Assembly: GCA_021432655.1 (NCBI GenBank)
Contig: MU271260.1
Coordinates: 62,001-115,112 of the forward strand
Direction: 5' to 3'
Length of the DNA stretch: 53,112 bases
From: Atractiella rhizophila
Lineage: Eukaryota
Shown here: one piece after another, positions 36,721 to 48,551 of the stretch
How the letters are laid out: each line of letters starts with the position of its first letter
How positions within the stretch are numbered: the stretch's first letter is position 1
Made by a program: the position numbers and the translations under genes
The notes under the pieces: generated by a model
Told to the model about the DNA's origin: nothing
The model's database searches: none
The model's input: only the letters and a program-made list of their open reading frames with translations

Positions 36721-39700
36721 TTATAATGAGTCTATGTCAGGTATATACATTTCATCACTTTGGTCTGCATCTCCTTCAACAAGAGCTTGGTCTGCCTCCG
36801 GCTCAGGTATTGGATCAATTATTGCATCGGAGTGATGACGGTGAAGAATCCAAACAAACCTTCTTCCCTCCCCGTCTTCCGCTTGAAAAATGCCAATCAA
36901 GCGCCGTATCTGGTCAATAGGAACGAGGCAGAAAGTGTTGCTCCATTGGCAAAGGATTTCGCTGCTGAAGCGGCTCCGGTACTTTCGGAAAAGTTGGGTG
37001 AGAGCGAAAAGATGATCGGCAGCCCCGTTAGCGGTGGGTTCGAAGAAAGACTCTGGGACGCGAATGTAGACGATGGCTTTGCCGTAGAAAACATCTCCGT
37101 CCTTGTTAACGCCCTAGTACCTCGTCGGTCAGACCAAAACCACCAATCTTTTTGTCTCCAGCTCACCTCAAACCTGCAAGCTTTCCGAGCTGCAAACTTC
37201 CAAGATCTTTCAAGCTTCCGAGAGCGAATAACATCTCCATTAACCAAGGCACATCGGCCCCAGTGCTCCCACTTTGCTACAATTTGCTCCAACTCTACAC
37301 CATCAAGATTTTTGCCACGGGAAGCGCAGTAATCTCGAATCAATTTTAGCTCATGAATCCATTCCTCGGTATGCACAGTGCCTTGCAGCCTGGCGAGCTT
37401 GGTGAGAGGGATTGATGCCCAGCGAGGTGAATAGACCGAATTGTGAGAGGAACTCGAAGAAAATCGGCGAAAGCGAGCGCCAGCTTTCTCGTGGATCAGA
37501 CTTCGAGGCGGATATAGGACATCGACGATATTCATCTGTTCTTGAAGGACTGCCTGATTCAAAAGGTTTTCTTGATACTTGTTGTCTTGGTTAATGTGTT
37601 TCTTCAAATATCCAATCATACCCTCCATCGGAAACTGAGAATAAAGAATCCCAGGACCCCACCAGAGAATCCAATCGGCGATGTGCAAGAGGTGGTGAAT
37701 ACACATTGGCATGCGGCTAAGACGAGAGTGTTCCCCATGCACGTAAACTTTCTCCCAGTTGACAACAAACGAAGCAAACAGCTCCCGAATCTGAAGCCGT
37801 TCCTGTTCTGTGATCTCGTGCTGCCATGCAAGCCGGCAGCCACAAATAAATGTGTCGAGAATTTCCAGGATTTTGGTTGGAAATCCAAGAAGAGAAAGAC
37901 AGGGAATAAGCAACCAGTCGTACACATCCCACCATTCGTGCATTTTGTACTGAGTGTTTCGGAAACGATAAGTATTTCGAGGAGCGGCCTGGGAGAAATC
38001 GTAAGGAATGTCGACCTTCGAGCGCTCGACCATATTTTCAAACTCTTCTCGTACTTCCTGTGTCGGATGCCATGCTTCGGGAAGAGATTCTTGCTTGTTG
38101 ATGCCCATTGTGGAGTCAAAAATAAGTTCTCCGTCATTTTTCCAGTGAAGATGGGCAAGATCTCCTGCAAAAAAGGTCCAAGGATCACGGAAAGTTCTCA
38201 ATCCTGAAACTGGAGTAATTGAAATGACACCACGATCGCGTGCTGTCTCCGCTCGCATCTTCCGGCTCGTAGCGAGGGCGAGATCTTTTGCTGTCTGAGT
38301 GTACTCAGTGGTAGTGCGCATAGGCAGGTTGAGAGGGTCGTACATAGCTAGTCGGTAATCAGGAAGGCTGCCATCGTCAAGCGGAATCGAGATGCAAGGG
38401 AAGTAGTAGTGCTGTTCAAGAAGCTGACCGATAATGTTGCAAAAATGACAGCCGCACTTGCCTTGATGGCCAGTGCAGCCATTTGCTTTGGCAGAACCCA
38501 ACATATCCCCTTCGTTTACTATCAGCATGAACTAACTGCGTTAGAGCCGTGCAACATACCCAACTTGTTGATCAACCATCCTTTCCAAAGAAACCACGTT
38601 CGGCAAGAGGCATCCCACATCTACAAGCCTCCACTAAGTTTCGCCATCGCTTTATAGAATGGTAGAAAGAAGGATTGGATGTCGACCGGATTATTTGGAC
38701 CAGGAACACCAAGCGTAAAGAGAGTGTGTAGCCGCTTTGCTCTGACCCGCATGTCGAATCCAAGAAAGGTGAGAATGACAAACCACATGTTGGAGTCTCT
38801 GGTAGCGTGGATGGCCGCACCGTCCGTTGAAGCGATAAAAACGGATTCACGCTTGTCTTCCATAAAGCCAATGTCGTCCTTGGCGAGTGTCTGGACTGCC
38901 GTACCGTGGTGAAAATCGTTGTACGTGTATCCCATCTTCAGCTTGTCCAACACAAACTCAGTCTTTGCCAGAGTCTCCCCCAGCTTCCTACCAAAATACC
39001 CCATCTTCTCTGCACTCTGTGGTGCTCGAAACATTGCTTTGATTCGAGGGAGCGGGGTACAAAATAGGAACATTTTCTGATTCTGCTTTTTTCCAGTTGT
39101 TGGATCTCCTGGGATCGGAGAACGTCCATAAGAAAGAGAATAGTGAGGTTGATTGCACGCCACAGTCACGCCGTTTATCTTGCGCGAATGTGGGCATCTT
39201 CATGATCCGTTAGCACTTTTGATCTGAGCTTTTGCATTGTGCTCACCGATCCAATCCTTCATATTTGCCAAGATAGGAGCAGCAGGATGCTACACACATT
39301 GGCAACCATTCCCCATCAAGCCCACTAAGCTCCGCCATCATCTTCTTTGCCTCCGGAAGGGTACGCATTTCGTGATTCCGTGATGTCCAGTTCTGGTGAT
39401 GACCTTCATAACTAGCCTCCTTCTCATTGTTTCGATGCCAGACCCGGAATTCATCTAAAGTAAGTTGGTCCTTGTCGCTCAATGGAAGGATATTGTCCTC
39501 ATAGGTTGGCGGAAGAGTAGGGAGATCATCAGAACCGTCATCAAAGAGTGGCATGAGGATATCGCGGACCCTGCTACAAACCAGCATGTAAGTCCCTACA
39601 ACATATAGCTTTAATTTGAGTTGTACTTACGAGAGATGTGTGGTATGGGTGAGCTTTTCAGCTCCAACAGGTCGTGTGGTATTTTCAGGATTCGGATTGT

Positions 39701-40073
39701 GATACGCTTCCTCTTCAGGTTCCGGGTCAACGACGTCAGGCTCCATCCCCTCCTCCCCTTCTCTCAGTTCTCTTCCATCCAAGATACATGGTCCTTCGCC
39801 CATCTCAACATCGTCTTCCTCTTGCTCTCCACCACCAGGATGATCTCGATGATGGAGTTCGGGAAGAGGAAGAGGAAACCTGAAGGCTTCACGTTGAAGA
39901 CTAGGTGATTCCTCAGTAGATTGTTGGAGCTTGAGCTGAACCTTTGAGAAATATGGCAGACTCCTTGGGCGCTCTGGATCCAGAGGAATCGTGCGGTCTT
40001 TGAAGGACAGGCCCCCAGTCGCAATGGTCTTCAACGCGGAGGGCGGCGGCACGTGTTGCGGAGCGCAATTCAT
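36721..40073 (-). mobile_element. CACTA/EnSpm (Transposase_21 / tnp2-like) transposase gene, near-intact, one in-frame TAG seen
   Basis: MCVASCCSYLG..CPH, PLPRIKAMFR, YNDFHHG, STDGA, PGPNNPVDIQSFFLPF..MAKL..GL*MWDA, GDMLGSAKANGCTGHQGKCGCHFC, DLAHL, YKMHEW, IHHLLHIADWILWWGP..YSQFPMEGMIG. GT-AG introns near 39630-39575, 39245-39198, 38558-38510 and 37165-37115. TAG at 38621-38623, final TAA at 36721. Start ATG inferred. Confidence 0.9.
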
Positions 40074-40226
40074 CTTCTTCCTGCCTCCTCTTTTTCGCCA
40101 ATCAACACAAACGACCGAAAGCTGAGCAACCATCTTGCCAATCCAACAGGTCGAGCACCACCAGAACACAAAAAACCTCACCATCCCTTCCAAATCGACT
40201 ACTCCACCGACAAACCAACCTTCAAC

Positions 40227-42104
40227 ATGTCCCAGAAGGGCCCGAAACCCTCGCAAGAGGGTGGAAAGGCCTCCTCTGGGCCTGGGAAAGGAGAGGGGAC
40301 ACGAGTAGACTTTGCTTCAACTTCTACTCATGTCCCGCCCTCCTCCCAGCCCAACGCCCTGCTTGGGCACAGCGTTAGTAAAGGAGGAATATTGAAAAAT
40401 AGTCAGAGGGTGATAGATGAAAGTGACGGAGGAGGCAGGGTTCTTGGTACGCACCTTCTTGAAAAGGATGTCTCGAACCGGGAGCCTCTTTCTTCCTTTA
40501 TGCATCTACACAGCACCCCAACATTTAACCGGGTCAAGGATATATTGGGGATTGATGACGAAGTGCAGAATGACCCTGTACAACTATTAGAATTTACATA
40601 TAGGCAATTTATTGCTATGAGCTCTATCAATAAATTAATCAGAAACACAAAAGGAGAATTCAAAACGGACCAAACCACGATTGATAACATCGACACACTC
40701 CTTAAAGCTTGTGTGTCTCTACTTAAAAAGGATCCCCTCAGCAAAATGTGCCGCATTTCTCGAAACCAAATGTTAGCAAATCAGAATATTGAAACCATCC
40801 TGGAAAGGATAGAGGGGATTGAGCGTAAACTCACAGAGGGGATCCCAGTTCAGGAGAACACCACTCAACCCACTTGGGTACCGAACGAAAGGGATTTCCC
40901 TCCACTTAGTGCTCTCCCATCCGTTCTAAACTTAAGGATTGACCCTCCTCAAACACTGTCCAAAGCAGCCCGTAAAAAGGTACGCCAGAGGAAGAATCGC
41001 AACAGGAAACTGTCACTATTCCCTACGAACGGTTCTGCCCATATCTTAGATGATAAACCCGAAATCGAGCTCCTCGCTCAAGTTAACGATGCCCTAACCG
41101 CAAGAATGGTATACAGAATAACTCCGCAAGATCCTACCCCTGAAGTAAAAGATAACAGCAAGGTCTCTGCTGCAGTGATTGACCAGCTACCTGGGGGAGG
41201 GGTCGCGGTGTGGTTCAACGATGCCATTGACTGCAATAGGGCATCAGAAACAATAACAGAGTGGCTGCCGGTATGCGGTGATCTGAAGGGATTTTCTCAT
41301 AGCATTCCAGCCGACATAGTGGTGATTCACAAAGTCGGAACACACTGGAACATTAGAGACAAGAACCAGGTCAAAGACAAGCTCTTGGACCGCAACAATT
41401 GGACGGAGAAGGACATACTTAAGCTAGAATGGGTATCAAAGAAGATCTTCAAGGATAGAGATGTAGAAAGTGTGTCACTCAAAGGCTATTCCTCTCTTCT
41501 CATCTTCTTCAGGAGCGGCAAGACGGCAGATGAAGCCATTGAACGTGGTGTTTTCTTCAATGGCCGACGTCTCCCTGCTGACAAATCAGTACGAGATCTT
41601 CCGCAATGCTATAACTGTTTCCAACTAGGCCATTTTGGTAAGAACTGTTATAGGGTTGGCCGACCAGTCTGTGGGGCCTGTTCTGAGGAGCATGACATAA
41701 AAAAAATGTGACAAAAGCCTCACATGTTTTATGCATGAAGGAAACAATTCTTCTCCATGTAGTGACGAACCAACTCCTTTGACAGGTCCCCTTGTTCACA
41801 TGTAAGAGTGAACCTGCATTGTGCATACTGTGGAGAGAAGGGCCATGGAGCCCATGATGCCTATGGAGGTGACAAATGTATCAAGAAAGTAGGAGACCGT
41901 GCGAAGGCTAGAGGGATAGAACTGGAGCTAGGGGAGTTCTTTGAGAGAGACGAGAAGGGGAGAGAGAGAGATACGAGAGCAGAGGAACAGACGGAAGAAA
42001 GAGATAATGAAGGAAGGAAGGTGGAACATCCATTCTCACCGGGCCACTTTGATGAAGAAAGGTCTGAGTTACCACCTGAAAGCCCAAATGAAATCGTTGA
42101 ATGA
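40227..42104 (+). CDS. LINE ORF1 (gag-like, three zinc knuckles), two single-base frameshifts
   Basis: QCYNCFQLGHFGKNC, CGACSEEHDIKK(C), HCAYCGEKGHGA...C. Shifts at the A-run near 41700 and the C-run near 41790. Confidence 0.85.
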
Positions 42105-45100
42105 CAGATGGGGCATTCTCATGGTCGTACGAAGGCAGGGCTACTGGCTCAGACAGTGATTTCGAAAATTCTCATAACCCTTTCAATTCTCATTCTCATT
42201 CGGTGTTTTCAAAAAATTCAGTTTTTATCATCCAACAAAACCATCACAAAAGAGGAACAGTCTCTCATTCCTTCATGAATTCAGACGATAGGAAAGCAGA
42301 CATTATTTTAATACAAGAACCTCCCACCACTCTTCCAGACAGCGGAAGCCTTATTATATATCCAGGATACAAATGTATTGCCTCAAAAAAAGTGAAAACA
42401 TCAGACTCTAGGTCAGAAGTTTCACGATCAATTATCCTCATCAACAGAAATTCTTTCTCGGGCGAAACCTTTGTTGAACTTCCGAACCAATATTATGACA
42501 TCTCCGCTGTCCTTTTAATGTTCCCAGGAGGGAAGAGATTTCTAATCATTAATGTGTATAACGCTGGGGGGAACTCCAAGACAATAGATGACGTAGCTAC
42601 CCTCATTGAAGAATCCAAAGTAACTGGTCTTTTGAGAGAAGAAGATCTAATATTTGTGGGTGGCGATTTTAACTTGCATCACAGGGAGTGGAACCCACCT
42701 GGGTACACTCGCTCAGATGGCAATGCAGACTACCTATTAGAGGTATTCGAAGAACTGGGACTCTCCTTAAGATCTCAACCTGGTATTCCTACATACATAA
42801 ATGCCATGGGCCACGAGACGACGATTGATCTCATATTCACTAACGAACGAACCAATGAGTACATTACATGCTGCCTTACTGACCGAGGGGGAGACAGTCA
42901 CAATTCGGACCACTACAAGCTGGTGACTAGGTTGTCCTTGATTCCACCCGCCTTCGATCCAAATCCCCGTTACAACTACCAAAAGGCCAACTGGGAAGCG
43001 GTAAGGGAGTTTCTACAGAAGTCTGATAAATTGGCAAATTTCCCGAGGGATATGGACGAACTGACTACACAAGAAGATATCGACAAACGGGTGGAACTCC
43101 TCATGGCTGCTCTACTGGAGGCCATGGCACTACTCCCTAGAATGTCAAGCAACCAACTGACAAAGAGATGGTGGACCGAACAACTCACAGAGAAAAGGAA
43201 AACAGTCAACAAGCTTAGAAATCGCTTTTTGAGCAAGCAAAGGAATGGGAACCAGGAAGCAAAGGAGGAAGCACGATCTCTCTGGCGTAAAGCTGCTAAC
43301 CAGTTTCACACTGATATCAGAACAGCGAAGACGCATCACTTCGAGGATTTCCTGGCAGACCTGGACCAGCACTCTATTTGGACTGCCCATCGGTATGGAA
43401 AGAGGGAGGACCGGTGTCGAGACATACCTCCCCTGCGGAAGGATGCAACTGATGACCGCCCCAACAACACCGTGTCCTCCCCAGCGGACAAAGCCTCTCT
43501 TCTCCACGCTAACTTTAACCCCATTGCTCGAAGCTGCGATCTTTCCAACATCCCCTGCATCCAATACCCACCTCCTTTCCCATCCCCTCCGCTTAAGATA
43601 GAGGAAATTGATGAAGCTATAGACAGAATCAAGATACCTTCTGCGCCAGGCAGAACAGGAATATCGAACAGGATAATCAAGGAGGTGAGGGAGGAGATAC
43701 GTCATCCACTCTTCGCTATCTTTTCGGCCTGTTTCTTCATCGGATACTACCCTGCAGCCTGGAAGAAGTTCACCACAGTCATACTCCGCAAACCAAAGCG
43801 CACTGATTATTCCCTACCATCCGCATATCGCCCCATCGCCTTGCTCGACTGCATTGGGAAGGTCTTCGACGGCATCTTATCTGCCAGACTCACCTTCCAT
43901 GCTGACAGCAAGAGGGCGCTCCCGACTCACCACTTTGGGGCTAGGCCGGGTCGTTCCACCAACGACGCTTTAATCACAGTCACGGAATACATTAGGGAGG
44001 GCTGGAGAAAAGGACTAGTTACAGCCTCAGTTTCGCTCGATGTTAAAGGAGCGTTTCCAACAGTAGTGCACCAGCGTCTCATCAGCAACTTGAAGAAAAG
44101 AGCTGTCCCGGAAACAGAAGTAGAGCTGATCGAATCCTGGCTGAAAGGAAGAGAAACAACCTACAACTTGAACGGCTATACATCCAACCCTTACAAATTG
44201 GCAATCGGACTTGCCCAAGGATCCCCACTCTCTCCGATTCTGTACCTTTTTATAATGCTGATCTTTTGGAAATACAGGCACCAGGGGGGGACTCGCTCAA
44301 ATGCGGATTCGTAGATGACATCCACATGAACGCCCGTGCAACTAACCCTTCCGAGGCCATTGCTACACTCGAGGTGATTCTCGATAAAGCAATGACCTGG
44401 AGTGAGAAGCATGGTGCGATATTCGAGGAGGCGAAAACAGACTTTGTCCTTTACGGTAAACATAAGAAGATGAAGTCTCGATTTGGCCAACTCACCATTC
44501 GTGTTGGATCTACGACGATACCACAGTCGTCTGAGATGAAATACTTGGGAGTGCTCCTTGACTCCAGGTTAAGTTTCAACTCTCACCTAAAGGCGATTGA
44601 GACGAAGGCGAAGAAATCGTTATCCCTCCTGGCAACACCCTCCAACACTACGAGGGGCATCCCCCTCCGATTGTATCGGCGCCTCTACGAGGCTACAACA
44701 TGCGCAATGACGGACAACAACGCCATCATATGGCACCATCTAGGGAAGAAAAGTGGAGGAGCCTCAAGACTCGAGGCAGTGCAACGATACGCTCAACGAC
44801 TTATGCTGGGAGCTTTCCGCACCACTCCCACATCCGCCCTATCACACGACTCCAATCTCCCCCCAACAGTGGCGAGGCTGGACAAAGTTGTCTCACGAGC
44901 CACAGTCAGATTACTAGCACTTTCTAGAGACAACACAGCAGGCAACCTGACGAGCTCATTCCACCAATCCCAAACACCGAAAAAGCACCTTTCCCCCCTG
45001 AATCACATTTTCAAAGCCAACAACATCAGATTTCCAGACGACCTAGAAATCATCCCAACCTTCACAGTGCACCCAGGACACACCCCTCCATTCGACACCT

Positions 45101-46327
45101 TCATTGCAGATTCAAAGGAAGAAGCGACTAAACACTTCCATGACCTCAAAAACGAAGAAGACGAATACTGGATTTTCACGGACGGCTCACGAACTGAGGA
45201 CGGGGTGGCATTTGGACTGGCAATCACCAATCCGGAAACTATGGCAGGCTACAGGATAGGAGAATGCGACGAAAACACGGTGTTCGAGGCTGAATTGCTT
45301 GGGATAGAGCGTGGCTTGGCATTGAGCCTCGCACTCAATGATCAGCGGGGACTACGATCCATCGGTCCGTATCTTCACGGATTCACAAGCCGCTATCAAA
45401 AACCTAGCAAAAAAACCAAAGAGTAAACCCGGTATAGGAATCGTCCTGAACATCCTCTCCCTCGCCGCCAAACACCGACGCCTTAATCCTCTATGCGGAA
45501 TCCACATACACTGGATACCGGGCCACACCAAAATCAAAGGCAACGATCTGGCAGACATGGCAGCAAACAGAGCCACAGATGGGAAGAAAGCTATTGGTCG
45601 AGTGAAAATTCCCAAGAGCCCATCAGCCATCCGCGCTACCCTCAGCATCTCCAGATTCAACAACGGATACACTATCTCCCGAGACTCAGGCTGTCATCAC
45701 CGTTCACTTGCCTCAAGGCTGTCACCAGAGCAAACATATGCCATGCTGTCGGAAATGACACGAGCTCAGGCATCCATCTTCATCCAGCTACGTTCGGGTC
45801 ATGTCGCCAATAACAACTACCTGAATCGGATAGGAATCAAGGATGACCCGGGTTGCGAGTACTGTGGCATGCGAGACACGGTGACGCATCTCTTCTTTGA
45901 ATGCGAGGAACACGAGGAGGAAAGGAAAAAACTAAGGGAGAGGCTGAGAAAGAAGGACGTCCGGTTCAGATCACTCAGTGATGTCCTGAGTGAACCGGAG
46001 GCAGTTCAAGCGGTCTGGGAATTCATTAGGAAGAGCGGTAAGTTCAAGCTTTGGATTGGAACGGCGCAGCGAGTCCTGGACAGGAGGAAGGCGAAGAGAA
46101 AGGAAACGGCGAAAGGAAAGGAGGAAGAAGAAGCAGAAAACAACGTGAGGACTGGGAAGACTGAATGCAATAAGTTACGTATCATCTCAACTGGTACTAT
46201 ATCTGAGGTACTTGTTTTAGGCCATACACCAACAGGGATGTCAACTACTTCCAATCCCTTTACACGAAGGAATATTAGGGCGAACGATACATCACGTAGT
46301 GGCTTTATAAAGGACTCTTTCATTTAA
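42101..46327 (+). CDS. LINE ORF2 (AP endonuclease, reverse transcriptase, RNase H, C-terminal zinc finger), two single-base frameshifts
   Basis: IILIQEP, GDFNLHH, TTIDLIF, SDH (APE); YRPIALLDCIGK, LDVKGAFP, GLAQGSPLSPILY, FVDD, KYLGVLLD (RT); FTDGS, VFEAEL, FTDSQAA, WIPGH..GNDLAD (RNase H); CEYC...HLFFEC. Confidence 0.93.
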
Positions 46328-46777
46328 ACCATTAAGCCATCGCGGCTTAGAGATCCACCTTACCGTTCTTCATATTTTCAGGCACTGTTCCTTTGATGGG
46401 GAGTCATGGGGTCTTACTTTATCCTTTTTCCAGCGAGCTAATCATATAGATTTCTATCTTCTCAGGACAACATTCACCGTTAACATTCACAAACTTTCTT
46501 TGATCACTGCCCCATACATGTAGAGCTCCGTTGACTATAGTCTTTATGCTCTCTAATATGATCACAACAACAACAACAACAATTATATATTTCCAATGAA
46601 TAACTGCCTTGAAAGATGGGAATCACTTCTCTTTTATATTATTCTTATTATTCCATTAGGTATGTTGAATTTTATGTCTTCAAGCTTCTGAAGTTTGAGA
46701 ATATTTCAATGTGCCTGGTGAGGGAGGTATGAGGCTCAAAAGTGTGTTTTATGACGCATACCAAGAACGGATGGCTT

Positions 46778-47631
46778 TTAGAGGTAAGGATCGATAGTGA
46801 GCGCTAGTGAGCATGGACGATCTCCTGACATCGTCGGCTCCGTCACTTCTTCTATTGTGTACATGGAATAGTTGTCATCCTGTTCATCCGCATTCTCATC
46901 CTCCTCCTTTTGTGGAGGAGTCAGTGCTGGTGCGTTTTGAAGAGGTTTGTCAACATCGAGTGAGGGTATGAACACTGAGATATCGAGAGATTTTGTTGGC
47001 GGTGTGGTCGTCACGTTAGGACTGATGTGTGAGAAGAGTTTGGTTTTGACTGGTGACGGGAGTTGCGGCGAGGTTGCTTTGGGAGAAAAAAGAATAGGTG
47101 CCGCCGTTGTTTTTGCAGGCGATACAATAGAAGGGAACCAGGACGCCTGATGATTTCCCATTCGTCCAAACCGCTTTGTTGAGGCTCAGATTCCTTGAAT
47201 AGAAGGTGGGGAAGTAGGATACGGGCGAATTGATAAGCGTGGTCGGTTTGGAGGCGGTGTCAGCGCTGGCTTTGGGAGACTGTAATGGTGGAGGAGATGT
47301 GAAAGGCCTTGAACCAGTTAATATCCAGAGTGGGCGAAGTGGATGCATTCCAGTTTCAGGCGATGGAATCTTCCGCGATATCACAGGACGAGATGTATCT
47401 GCTTTCCTAGTCAAAGAAGGATGGGAAAGCCTCTCCTTCAAGTTCGTCGCCTCCTCCTCCAGCTCCTTAACCTCCTCCTCCCTCTTCACCCTCGCAAATT
47501 TCACCCTCCTCGTCCTCTCCTCCTCTTTACTTCATCTAAGCGCTATCTCAAACATCACCTCCTCCTGCCGCGCCCCATCCGCACGATTCAACCCACATCA
47601 GGCGGCGCCGTTAGGGGTGGTAGCCATCCAT
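46778..47631 (-). pseudogene. Probable degenerate gene (charged coiled-coil followed by Pro/Ser-rich region)
   Basis: Protein-like frames 47016-47504 and 46778-47161 overlap through a frameshift, and there are upstream in-frame TGA codons. No family recognised. Confidence 0.3.
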
Positions 47632-48551
47632 GGTGCCCGTACGGCATAGCTCACAGGTATCCAGACTTTGTTGCCTGGTCCAAAGAGCGCAGGAGTTTCG
47701 AGAAGCTCTGTGTAGAAGTTGGGTTGGGCTGTTATGCCGTAGTTGGTGGTTTATCGCTTTGTGGAGCTGGTGGGCAGAGCGCATGGCGAGAGGGAATTGG
47801 ATTCAGCCATTGTGATTGGGAAGTCTTCCTAGGTACATTGAAGTAGAAGACAGTTTTGCTTTTGAATAGGATATAATAGTTGTAGTTTACCTGCGAGCTC
47901 GATGCAATAAATTCTGTAATTACCCAATAGGATGTCAAAATCGTCCGTTTGACCATTTTCATCCAGCAGCAAGTAGTGTTGAGGTAATCAATGAGGAACC
48001 TTCATTAAAAAACGATCAAGCATGCTTCCCCTCGTCAAGAAATGAAGAAATGAAGAAAGTCGGCAGTTAGATGACTCTCTTGTTGCTTTTTGTCGTCATG
48101 AATCCAAAAGTCAGACTTTACGAAGGTATTCAGCATATAAATGTATTCATGAGCGTGCTAGAATATGCAAGGAACAGGAATATGTAAGAAATAATGACAG
48201 AACATACGCATAAGATGGCACTGCAGACGACCTTGCGGCAGGTTTGGCGATTTATAGCTTCACTTCGACAGCAGATGACAATCGCTTCAGCAGCCCAGAA
48301 ACCTCTTATGTTGAGAGAGCTAGAGATCCGTAGCCCGCTGACGTTGATACAAGGGGCGTTTTGGCGGCTGTATTTGTCGATTGGCTGCTTGACGTTTAGT
48401 GTTGGTAATGTGGTTTGTTTTAAGCATCTAGTGGGATCGTTTCTCTAGAATGTTTGAAGCACGAGGAAGACTTACAGCTGTCGGTTTTCTTGGATCAGAC
48501 AGGTCGGTACATTATTCAAATGTTCCACATATTCATTGGACATGCTACATC

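Larger units (their letters stand above)
40100..46582 (+). mobile_element. Near full-length non-LTR retrotransposon (LINE, Tad1-like, RNase H-containing)
   Basis: ORF1 with CCHC knuckles, ORF2 with APE-RT-RNase H-CCHC, 3' UTR ending in (CAA)6 at 46565-46582. 5' end approximate; no TSD found. Confidence 0.93.

Noticed and set aside
36760..46323. Long ORFs antisense to the CACTA and LINE genes (e.g. 37542-38207, 43145-43705)
   Set aside because: Shadow frames of real coding sequence with no independent motifs.
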